A stretch of DNA of 64,000 nucleotides. Origin: Camelus dromedarius. Its lineage: Eukaryota. Location: NCBI RefSeq assembly GCF_036321535.1, contig NC_087437.1, forward strand, positions 72,232,001 to 72,296,000, given 5' to 3'. The notes below the pieces were generated by a model, which saw only the letters and a list, made by a program, of their open reading frames with translations, did not search any database and was not told the DNA's origin. Made by a program: the position numbers and the translations under genes. This document shows, piece after piece, positions 40,440 to 51,354 of the stretch; position 1 is the first letter of the stretch, and each line of letters opens with the position of its first letter.

Positions 40440-40830
40440 AAAAATATACACACGGAACTATAAATATATATACTATCTGTGTATGTACAGCCAAGCACCC
40501 TAACCCAAATGAGTATCTGTCTCTAGGAAAACCAAGCAGTCAGATATAAAAACCCGAGAATTTTCCTTTTCCAAAGTGCAGTGTGAATACAGACTGGAAG
40601 AGGCAGTCTCCTGATGACTCAGTAGGGAAGGGGTTAAGTCCTCAGCCATCCTGTTCTAAATTGATTTATGATGATGTGCAGTGTTTCAAAACTCTTCCCC
40701 CACCCCCAAGGAACAGCCCCTCTTCCCCACCCCACCCCCATTCTGGGCTCACCGCTCACCGTGCTGAAATGGGAAGGAGGTGGTGTTTTGCTGATCTGTT
40801 AAATTCTTAGTGAAGTTTTGTTGATTTCCA
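40440..40830 (+). promoter_or_regulatory. Putative CpG-poor CCDC80 promoter region
   Basis: TATAAAA at 40545-40551 and TATAAATA near 40459, AP-1 TGACTCA at 40615-40621, C-rich CACCC tracts at 40697-40740; no recognisable repeats; directly upstream of inferred exon 1. Confidence 0.5.
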
Positions 40831-41533
40831 GTGGCTGCTGTTGTTTGAGTTTGGTTTGGATCAAAACTGAGGTTGTCCTGGCATTTCTGGGACTGAATCC
40901 AGGCAAGAGGAAGAAGAAAAAGGAGAAGGAAAAGAGGAGAGAAAAAGGTGGGGAGAAATAAAGGGAGGAGAGAAGCACAGGAAAAGAAAAAAAAAGTCCT
41001 TTTTTAACATCACATTCCTGTGTTTTCCCTCAGCCTGGAAAACAGATTAATCCCAGTGCTTTTGCTTGGAAACAAAGGGACTAAGCCAGACTGTGGGGGA
41101 AAGCGTGATAAGAAGGATCCTGGAACTGGAAAGAAAGAGCAAGATACAGAAACAGCTGGGGCTCCACTTTAAGGGGCGTCCAGTGCTGTCGGCCGGGGGG
41201 ATTGGCACACACAGACACACCAGCCTGAGTAGAAGCTGCAGACAAATGGAGATGCAAAGACTTAAAAGGACAGCTCCTTTCACCTCATCCTACTTGTCAA
41301 GAAGGTAAAAAGGCACAGCTAGAAAGAAAAGAAGGCTCAGCCCACGGGTCCGGACAGGCGGTGGTCTGTGTGTGGCTTTGGGAGCCGGAGCTGCAGCACA
41401 CCCCTTTGTATCGCCCAGCCTGGAAAAGGAGAAAGAGAGTTGGGAGGAAAAGTACTTCATCTAGGAACTGTCCTGGGAGCACACTTCAGATTGATTTTTA
41501 AACCCTCTGCATTCCATCTCCATGAGCCACAAT
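40800..41533 (+). other. CCDC80: Probable non-coding exon 1 (5' UTR) of CCDC80; start approximate
   Basis: Strong donor AAT|GTAAGT at 41534 gives a 435-nt intron to the exon 2 acceptor. Possible alternative donor AAG|GTAAAA at 41305. The TSS cannot be fixed from sequence. Confidence 0.6.
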
Positions 41534-41685
41534 GTAAGTGTGTAACCTTGCCTGTCTTTGCTGTGTTTGTTTCTTTGTTGCTTATGTAAAGAAACGAAAT
41601 CAGAATGTTGTCATAATTAATTGCTCAGTGTGCATTTTCTCTGGAGCATCAGTCAGTTGAAACAGTGCAAGCACGCTGAATGGGG

Positions 41686-41727
41686 AACTGAGTTGGGTTT
41701 TCTGCTTAAAAACTGAGTTGGGTTTTC
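41686..41727. repeat. 17-bp direct repeat AACTGAGTTGGGTTTTC x2 in intron 1
   Basis: Copies at 41686-41702 and 41711-41727. Confidence 0.95.
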
Positions 41728-41979
41728 CGTCTCTGCTAAGCACTGACAAATTACAGGGACTCAAAAGCAACAGGATATCATCCTATTTTCCATTCCCTGA
41801 CCTCCCTCCTTCTTCTCTAACCACCCCTTCCCCCTCCCCTTGGCCAAGATAGAGAAAAAGATAATGCCCAGCTCTGTTTGCAATTAAGTGATTTTCTTTC
41901 TTTCTTTCTTCTTCTTTTTCCCCCCTGTCCTCCCCTTTCTATCTTTTGACCTTGCTGCCTCCCCAAAGTGGACTGCACA

Positions 41980-43869
41980 ATGACATGGAGAATGGGACCC
42001 AGTTTTACCATGCTGTTGGCATTGTGGCTGGTGTGCGGATCAGAACCCCCATCTCAGGCCATGAATAGAGGGAGCCACGGGGGGCGGAAAGTGCCTCTGG
42101 TTTCCCCCGTCAACAGAAGGCCAGCTCGGCTTCTGAGGCACACGGGGAGGTCTCAGGGAATTCAGAGAACCACTCTGGAAGAACCAAACCTTCAGCCTCT
42201 CCCAAGAAGGAGGAGCATACCGGTGTTGAGAGTAGGTCAGTCAACGGCTCCGCCAGCCTCGCGGGGCATCCATGGGGCCCGGGTGAGAACTGAGCAGAGG
42301 CCAGCAGCTCGGAGCTCTCCCCGCGACATGGTCCGAGACGAGGGGTCCTCAGCTCGATCAAGGATGCTGCGCTTCCCGTCTGGGTCCAGCTCGCCCAACA
42401 TCCTTGCCAGCTTTGCGGGGAAGAACAGGGTGTGGGTCATCTCGGCCCCTCATGCCTCCGAAGGCTACTACCGCCTCATGATGAGCTTGCTGAAGGACGA
42501 TGTGTACTGTGAGCTGGCGGAAAGGCACATCCAGCAGATCGTGCTGTTCCACCAGGCCGGCGAGGAAGGAGGCAAGGTGCGGAGGATCACCAGTGAGGGC
42601 CGGGTCCTGGAGCAGCCCCTGGACCCCAGCCTCATCCCCAAGCTGATGAGCTTCTTGAAGCTGGAGAAGGGCAAGTTTGGCATGGTGCTGCTGAAGAAGA
42701 CGCTGCAGGTGGAGGAGCGCTACCCTTATCCCGTCAGGCTGGAGGCCATGTACGAGATCATCGACCAGGGCCCCATCCGCCGGATAGAGAAGATCCGGCA
42801 GAAGGGTTTTGTGCAAAAATGTAAGGCCTCGGGGGTAGAGGGCCAGGTGGTGGAGGAGGGGAACAATGGTGGAGGAGCAGGAAAGCCAGGCCTGAGCAGC
42901 GAGAAGAGGAAAGAAGAGCAGAGGAGAGCGCACGTGCCACCCACCAGAGATAGTCGGGTGAAGGTGATGAGAAAACCGGCCGCCACGATGGGGGCCCCTC
43001 CCCCACAGCCTCCAACCGCACGGGCCACCACCATGCCTCCTACTCCCGTCACAACAGTGACTCGGGCCACCTCTCGGGTGGTGACTGGAGCTGCAAGACC
43101 TACCACCACCACACCCTTTCCAACCACTCAGAGGCCCTGGACCCCCCGGGTGCATCCTTCCTCAGACTCCCACAGGCCCCCCGCAACGGCCGAGGTGACC
43201 ACTGGCAGGGGCCCCGCGTCCTCCGAGAATCTCTACCCTCCACCCAGGAAGGAGCAGCCCAGGGAGAGGCCGCCGACCACCAGGAGGCCCAGCAAGGCCA
43301 CCAGCTTGGAGAGCTTCACGGCTGCCCCTCCCACCACCATCTCGGAGCCCAGCACCCGGGCTGGCGCGGGCCGTTTCCGGGACAACCGCACCGACAGGCG
43401 CGAGACGGGCCCCCGGGACCCAAATGTGGTGCCAGGGCCGCACAAGCCAGGGAAAGGGAAATCTCCCAAAAAGAAAGCCCAGGACAAAATTCTCAGCAAT
43501 GAGTATGAGGATAAGTATGACCTCGGCCGGCCAACCGCCTCTCAGCTGGAGGAGGAGTTGCAAGTGGGACACATTCCCCCGAAAAAGGCCAAGGAGTCGA
43601 AAAAGCACGAAAAGCTGGAGAAAGCCGAGAAGGAGAAGAAAAAAAAGGTGAAGAGTGAGAAAGCAGACAAGTTACTTAAGAGTGAAAAGCAAGTGAAGAA
43701 GGACAAGGCTGAGAAAAAGAGCCGTCAGGAGAAAGAGAAGAACAAGAAGAAAAAAGTGGGGAAACACGAGCAGGACGGGCACCTGAAACCCACCAAACAC
43801 TTCACACAGAGTCCGAGGAAGTCGGTGAGCGACCTGCTGGGGCCCTTTGAGGGCAAACGAAGGCTGCTT
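41980..43869 (+). CDS. CCDC80: CCDC80 first coding exon (exon 2; exon starts 41969), 630 codons: signal peptide, first DUF4174/DUDES repeat, Thr/Pro-rich region, Lys-rich coiled coil
   Basis: Translation MTWRMGPSFTMLLALWLVCGSEP...NILASFAGKNRVWVISAPHASEGYYRLMMSLLKDDVYCELAERH...FEGKRRLL matches CCDC80 as I recall it. Polypyrimidine tract and AG acceptor at 41967-41968; donor CTT|GTAAGT after 43869 (phase 0). The ORF track's GTG start at 41968 straddles the acceptor. Confidence 0.97.
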
Positions 43870-46800
43870 GTAAGTAATCTTCCTCTTGGTGTTTTCCTGT
43901 GGGCTAAGGCAGTGTTAGGGTTTGGTGTGTGATTTTTCTAAAATCATATTGCTGGATGGCAGACTGTGGCTGAAGCTGCACTCTGTCAAGATCCCGAGGT
44001 TTGTCAGGGAAGGGCAGCCAGGCCAGCTCATTCTGGTTTAGATGGTCTGTGAACATCTATCCACACAGATGCGCAGCCCTAAGTTCAGAGTCAGTGGCTG
44101 GTGGATCTTAGACATGAGCCCAGGGAGGCACCTGTGCTGAGCTTCCTCCAAACCCGTCAGACCCATCCCCATCCTTACTGCTCTCTTCCATGGGGCAGTT
44201 CTAGATACAGCTCCCTTTTGCCAAGTTCAAAGAATAAAAGGAGAATGAAGGAGTTCCTAAAATGGAATGCATTGACTGTGGTCACAGTTTAGGAAAAGGG
44301 TTTCTCTCTGGATGAACTTAAGAACTAGAAGCATGTGTCTGGGGGACATGGCAGGTTTCCTCCCTTCCCCCCTAACTAGGTCTCTGCCAACAATTGGACA
44401 ATTGGAAGACTCAAAGGGGAAGTAGAGCAGCCTGGGTGGGGAGTGGATGTGACCGGGAGTGGGGAAGGGTCCTTGTTGATCTGCCCTCATGAATACCTTT
44501 AAAACCAGCTAGCTAAAATCGTCTCCCCTAAAGGGTGCCTCCCCTACCACTGCCCAACTACCAGTAGGAAGAGAAAAGAATGGAGTGTGGGGAACTGGGT
44601 TAATTGCTCCAGTCTCCAATGCCCTAGAGTTACATCTGAATTTAGAGTCAAGATGTCATGACAGTTTCTCCTGAGCCTCTAGAAAATGAGCTTGTGTGTG
44701 CGTGCATGCTAGTATGTATGTGTGCATGTGTGTGTGTATGTGTGTTTAAAAGGGGACACAAAGTCCTTACTTCTACTTTGCCTGTGGTTCTGAGTGCCCC
44801 AAGTTACAGGTCCATCTCAGTAACTCTTTTGGCCATTCCTTGCCACCATCCAAAGGATGATACTAGAATCTAGTCAAAGTCCAAGAGGGCTTCGGACAAG
44901 AATAAGCACAATCCTAAATGTAAGGGCAGTTCTCATGAGTGATGAAGATTCGCTCTTCTCTTAATGTCTCCTTGTCCCTCTTTTAGTGCCCTTCTAAAAT
45001 TTTACCCCTAGCTTCTTAATGCCATCATTTTACTCCAGGCTGTCTAGGATGAAAAGCGCACGATGCAGTTACTTCAGAGAAAAAAAAAATCAATAAATTA
45101 ATGTTGGATAATGCGAGCCAGGAATGATTCTGTCAGATACCTGAGTGGGAGGGGGCTGTTTCATGCCACTGAGGACAGCACCTATCCTGCTGAAGGCACA
45201 CGGTGACTCCACACCCTGCATGCCCACCATTAAAAGAGACAGACACTCACCTCTGAAGGCATCTTTCAGAGGGTCTTTTAGTTTTTCCAACTAAATTTAG
45301 ATTAATTATCTGAGCAAAGTGACTCTGGTGTCCATTTATCTTCAGTGGTTTCAAAAAGTTAAATGTGCATGTGAAATATTATTCAGGGCAGAGTGCCTTG
45401 TGATGTTTATCATGGGTGGGGCTTATCCCCAGACTCTCTGTTTCTTGTTTTTAACCAGAGCCTTAAAGTAAATGTGTAAACTTAGGCTAGCAGAAGATAG
45501 GTTGACTATTAGAGTAGTTTAACAGCTGTTTGGTTATTCCCAGAGTATGTAAGTTTAAATGGGAATGTTCCAATCAGGACCAAAAAGAATCACTGATTTT
45601 AGAGTAGAACTCCACCTGCGACAGACCCTGTGGGGGCAAACTGCTCTCTCTGGGGGTATGGGAGAGCATCAGTGGTGTGCTCTGCTGCTCTCTTCCTGAG
45701 TACCTGGGACTCTGTCCAGCTTGCTAAAGCACATCACCCAACCCTGGCCATTTGGCCAACAGAGCAGGCATAGTGTTCCTCATGGTCAGGTTTTAACTGG
45801 GGGGAAAATAATCATGGGTAAAATGTCAGGATTGTAATTGTGCACCCATCTGGCAAATACTTCCACTGCCTCTAGTTTGTGAGTCCAAAGAAAGGGGTTT
45901 TCATATTATATCCCTGATATTAGTCATGCCTTTCATTTCTCTCTCTTTCTCCCCACTCCCTTAGTCAGGGATTTGAAAGCCCAGCTGGGTCTTTTCTGCT
46001 TTTAACAGTATCCCTGATCATAAATTTCTAGCAAATGAAACTCAAACGACAGCTTCTGCTGATGTCATGTGAGGCAAAACAGAAACCAGCTGGGATTGCT
46101 CAGGGCAGGGTTGCTCTTTGGGGTTGGAGAGAGAACCAGGATTGTTATTAGAAAGGAAGTACCAACAGGAGGCATTTCAGTCTTGCAATTCCGTGTGTGC
46201 CCAGCTGATGATCATGTAAAAAAAAAATGTTCTCTGAAGAGCTAAGGACATCTAATATACGAATGGACTTAAAAAGATACGAGGAAATAAACATAATGTA
46301 AAATCAAAAGATGGAGAGAAAAGAGTCTTTTCTGCCAGTCAGAGAGGAGACCAGTGTTTCTGGGTAAAAGACTTTGCTGGTGCCATTTATCTTTTTCCCA
46401 TTCATTTTTTTCCACCAAACATGGCAGATGTTGCTTAGGAAGTTTCAGTGATTCAATTAATGTGTATTAAGGCTTAGCAGCCTCCAAACTGTTAAAGTAC
46501 AGCTGACATCTTATCCCTCCAACTGGCCTCAACCTAACCAATGTGCTCAAACTGAAATGAAGTTTGCATTCCAAGAAATTGTGCAAGCCTCTTAGCTCAT
46601 CTTTTCTGATTTTCAGTAACCTGGTGCTCAACTCAATTAATCATAAAACTGAAGTGTTTTGCATGTATTTATATCATTCTTAGATGTGAAAATATCACCT
46701 AACTGTACTTACCTACTTACTTAGAAACACTGGCAGTGATGGTATAGGTTATGGTTGGGTGAACAGCATCCTAGTGGTTTTCAAAGGAGCAGCAGGTAGA

Positions 46801-46899
46801 GCCAGGTGTCCTATTCTTAGGCCAGAGGTCAAGCCTCCAAACTCCCTGCTTCTTAGCCAGTCAGTTGAAAGAGGTACATCCTGCAGGATGCTTTGCTGA

Positions 46900-47080
46900 G
46901 ACTGTGTGGTTTAATTTTTACAACAATCCCATGAGGAAGGACTTCATTTACAGAGGAGGAAACAGAAGTTTAGAGAAGCTGAGAAGTTTCCCAAGATGTA
47001 CAGTTAATATGTGACAAAGCCAGAAACCGAACTCAGATCTGCTTGATTTTTAAAGCACAGGCTTAAGCCATAGTCCCAAT
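46900..47080 (-). mobile_element. MIR SINE
   Basis: acaacaatcccatgagg...catttacagaggaggaaacagaagtttagaga...cccaagatgtacag. Confidence 0.75.
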
Positions 47081-47652
47081 CTGCCTGTCCGTGGGTGTGA
47101 GCTTCCTGTGGGCGTACGCCACAAAGTGGAGGGGAAACTGAGAAATTACCCTGTTAATCAATACAGACACCTTAAAACTCATTTTCAGCCTCAGATAAAT
47201 GATAAGCTATACCAACTGCCCACATTTTGTGCTGAGCAGCACCAATGCAGCGTTTCTACCTTTAATACGCAGCTAGTTCTCTGCACCTCAACTCATTAGC
47301 TTTCCCAGCAGTGAGTGGAGAGCAGCAGATTGAATCGCAGTGGACCTAGTCCCTCGGACTGGTTGGTGTCTGTTTGGGCTGGACAACTGTGAGAATATAG
47401 ATAAGCTGTTATCACTGAAACCTTGGACTATGTGGAGAATGGCTGAAAAGCCATCACATGGTGCCCTGAGATCTACCTACTTGTCAACGAACAAGAAGCC
47501 TCAGAATGCTGAATTACACAGATTCAAGTTCAAGTATAAGTATTCTTTGGAGTAATTCAAACTCTCCAGTAATTCAAGTGCGTTAATACTTTTAACCTTA
47601 CCTCAGAGATTTGGATATTGGGACAACAATCTACTTATTTGGTTTAATTTTA

Positions 47653-47801
47653 CAGTATTATTTCTTTTTAATTTTGGGGGAGGGTGGCAGGGGAAGTAAT
47701 TGGGGTTATTTATTTATTTGTTTAAATGAAGGTACTGGGCATGGAACCCCGGACCTCTTGCATGCTAAGCATGCACTCTACCACTGAGCTATACCCTCCC
47801 C
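47653..47801 (-). mobile_element. Vic-1-like SINE, long form, perfect 19-bp TSD
   Basis: TSD CTTATTTGGTTTAATTTTA at 47634-47652 and 47802-47820. Confidence 0.93.
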
Positions 47802-48808
47802 CTTATTTGGTTTAATTTTAGAAAAGGATATAAAGCTCTGGTTTACTAAGGCAGACTACCAGCTGGAGTGCAATTTTTCTGAATCCTGTAAAAATCTAGT
47901 GTTTTGAGCCCAACACAATATTTAGGATGAGCTGAGACTTAAAATATCTTCTCCCTGGCATCTTCCCGTTCCTGTTTGTGCCCTTTACTTATGCAAACTG
48001 GCTTCATTATACTCCGAGGCTCCTTGTGCCAACACACCACAGGAGTGTTGGAACAGGAACATAAAAAAGAACAACACAATTCTAAATCCATGATACATGC
48101 ACTGATTTGTCGCCACCAAACTGGAAAGAGACCAAGTGCCAGACAATAATGTTTACTGGAAGTTCTAGAATGCTCTTTTCAGGAAGAAGGGACTGGAAAT
48201 GGTTACCGTTTTAAACACTGTTTGAGACACTGGCACACTAGAAAGTGAGTGGCGCGTAGATGTCAATACACAGGGAAAGGATCCCCGAGATATGTTCAGC
48301 TGATCAGCCTCCTCTGCTTTCCCTGATGCAAACTCGAGGAGCAGAGTAAATGTAAGGGAGAGTGTCTTTACCAACAGTGTGTGGGCTGCACCCAGGGGAC
48401 CCCTCCTCTGTCTTTGTAACCTGAGGACCATAATAGGCCAGCGCTGTGCCCCTGCTTTCTGCACAGCAGTGATGGGGCTGGGGCTTCAGTGCCTTGAGGA
48501 ATCTGGACTCTAGTGAGGAGACATGACATAACATAAAACAAAATGGTACAGCAAGGAAACGCGTAAATTCCAGGTGAGCCGTGCAGACAAGAATGAAAAT
48601 TAAAAGGAGAAAGGGATCACTGTGGGCTAGAACAGGCTTCAGGGGGGATGCTGCGTTTGAAGAATGACTCAGATTCTGATAAGGTAGAGGCGAGGGGAGG
48701 GCCTTCTGGGTTAAAAGGGTGATGTGAGTCAAGGCAGAGGAAGGAATGTGAGTAAATTAATTTTTCAGAGGCAACATATATCCATGGTGCTCTGGTACAC
48801 ACAGCCTG

Positions 48809-48834
48809 TACACACACACACACACACACACACA
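48809..48834. repeat. (CA)n microsatellite
   Basis: Directly visible, about 12 units. Confidence 0.9.
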
Positions 48835-49655
48835 AATATTCTTTGCTTGATTCTACTTTATGAGCTGGTAGGGAAGCTGTTCCATTGTAAAGATGAAAAA
48901 GCTAAGGTTCAGAAGGGCAAGTGGCCTTGTTGAGGCTACAAAGTAGCCAGGGAGTGAGCTAGGGCTAAAATGCAGGCCCTCCAATTTTGACTGCAGTCAC
49001 GCTTTCTCTATGCCCCTCTGCCCAGATCCGTCTCATTTCATAATTCAGACCCTCTGGTTACAGGGAGGGTGAAGAGGTCACACAAGGGAGGAGGAGGAGG
49101 AAAGGTTAGCAGGAGAGTCTGAGGTCAGGTTGTGGAGGGCCCGAAACTAGGAAATGAGTCATGCTAAATGAATGTCACCTCCCAGGTGGGTCAAGGCTTC
49201 CAGGGGCAAAGGGCCTGTGGTGAAAGTAAACATCAGAGCTCTTTATTTATTTAAGTGCCATTCCCACTGCTATCCACAGCCTAAGGCTACTGGGTTCAGG
49301 TACATGGGAGAAGCTGTTCGGCTAGGGAGGATGAGGTTCAGTATGATTATATATTCTCTGAAATTCCCAGTTATACACAAGGGGGAGAAAAAGACCATAG
49401 GGGGCTTTGAGGACTCTTAAAATCTTGTCATGTCATGATCTGTCCATGAGGTCCATGAAAGATGGCGTCTATATATGGATTTGAAGTTCCAGAGGCAGGG
49501 AATTATCAGTCATCTAGTATATATTCTAAATATGGGCTTACTCTTCATTTAGAACAGGGATTCCAAAATCATTTCCAGTAAATCTTACCTTTGTTTTTGA
49601 CTATTTTGTGTTCTTGCTTAAGCATCCATTTTATTTATTTCAAAATAGTGTATCT

Positions 49656-49765
49656 GTGGGTGGTGGGTGTAGCCAGCCCAGTGGTAGAGTGCTTGCTTGG
49701 CATGCACAAGGTCCTGGGTTCAATCCCCAGTGCCTCTGTTAAAGGAAAAAAAGATTGTTTTTAAA
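49656..49765 (+). mobile_element. Vic-1-like SINE, short form
   Basis: cagtggtagagtgcttgcttggcatgcacaaggtcctgggttcaatccccagtgcctc plus A-rich tail. Confidence 0.88.
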
Positions 49766-51354
49766 ATATAGTGAAGCAAAGAAAAGCCAGAAAGAAAAAC
49801 CTAAAACATACCAACTGAAAATAAAACTCTCAGAAATGGGCTACCATCAAAACCTCAAGAAATATTTTCAAATGTCACATAGCTAATTAAAAGCTAACAA
49901 GGCAAAAATACCATCACCATATCTTTTTATAGCCACCTCAAATAGGAATTGGCATCTTTTTTAAGGCTAAGTATGAATCAATGAATAAATTGGAAATTTT
50001 ATTGTTTTTCCTCTTGGAAAATTATATTTCTAAAACAAGCATTTCCTATGCATCCTGTCCACCTGAAAAGGCATATAAATGCAAAATCAAAAGTAGATGA
50101 AATCATGTTTACTTAAAATAAATAACAATCTGAGAAAAAAAAAACTTCATCCCAGAAAAACCTTTGTTAATGTTCCACTTAAAAGCTTATTGAATCATTT
50201 TCATTTCCATGAAGGATCATATTTTGTCAAGCACAGAGAATTCTTAAAAGGGAAGGCCTGCAGGCAGCAATAAACACATCTCTGACAGAGAAAAATAAAC
50301 AGCAGGATGAGCTGAGACCAGATTTATTACCACTATGATGAAGTATTTGATAAAGAGGTTAACAACATGGTGACTTCCCCTCTGAAAAATGCCAAGCTAA
50401 TAGCCACAAACTTCAGAAATATTTTATAAGGTTAGATGGGTCAGTAGAAAAGTGGCTGATAAATTTGAACGTAGTTGAATGCAAGAAAGCATAGAGAGAC
50501 TGGCCTCTGAGCTCAGTGATGAGCCTGCAAAGGGTAGCTGGACAGTGTTTACTGCAGACATCAGCCTAGTGAGCTGTTTGGGGTCAAAGAGATCAACAAA
50601 GACATGGCCATTTCAGAATGAAATTTTATGTCCTTCCACCTCCAAGCTGAACAGCACCACACCTACACACTCGTGCAGTGTGGTACGCAGCTTTGGTTTC
50701 TGCTCAGGCAAAACCTGGTAAAATTGGAGAAGGCTAAGAAAAGGCAACAAAAATAATCCCAAGAGTAGAAAGGCTTTTCTATCAGGCGAGATTAAAACTG
50801 ACTATACTTCAATTTTAAAAAATGGAGACATTCTTAGGGAGAGGACTCAAGGGGAGCCCTAAAAAGTGAGAGTATCCTCATTTTATCCAAAATAATGAAA
50901 TACATGTTTTCCCAGATAGTTGGTGACCAAAGAATCTCTTTCAATTGCTTTGTCTTCTTTTTCCCCAGAAGTCAGGGGTTCAAAGTGGGCGTGAAAGACA
51001 TGAGGGGGTGGGTGAGAAATACCAGATTTGAATTGAAGAGAAGGCTGGACTAAAAGAGTAAAATCTGTCCTGTTGGAGGACTCCAACTTCAAAGATGTCC
51101 ACCATGAGCTCTGTACAGGCCCAGTGTGACGATGAATATATTCTGTGTGACAAAACTAAGCTGAAAGGCCATCCTAAAAATTCTCTGCAAGGCTGCCTAA
51201 TAAAATTCTCAGCCGTTGAATGTTTCATAGTGCCCAAGTCCTGGCTATGAAACTCAACTCTGTGAGACATGAAATAATAGTAGCAACCACTGAATTCACA
51301 AATGTCTGAGCAGCCAATTAAGATAATGAAGACAAAATAAAGGAAGGGAGAGAG

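Noticed and set aside
752..41727. Short direct repeats of 17-26 bp as a CRISPR-like array
   Set aside because: Each is an unrelated two-copy local duplication without unique spacers or cas genes, in a eukaryotic context.
42358..43155. 265-aa antisense ORF and other ORFs overlapping exon 2
   Set aside because: They are shadows of a GC-rich coding exon with few antisense stops; no recognisable protein or independent splice and promoter support.
41968..43932. 654-aa ORF as a complete single-exon gene
   Set aside because: The GTG start straddles the splice acceptor, and the last 20 codons are intronic; exons 3-5 continue the protein in frame.
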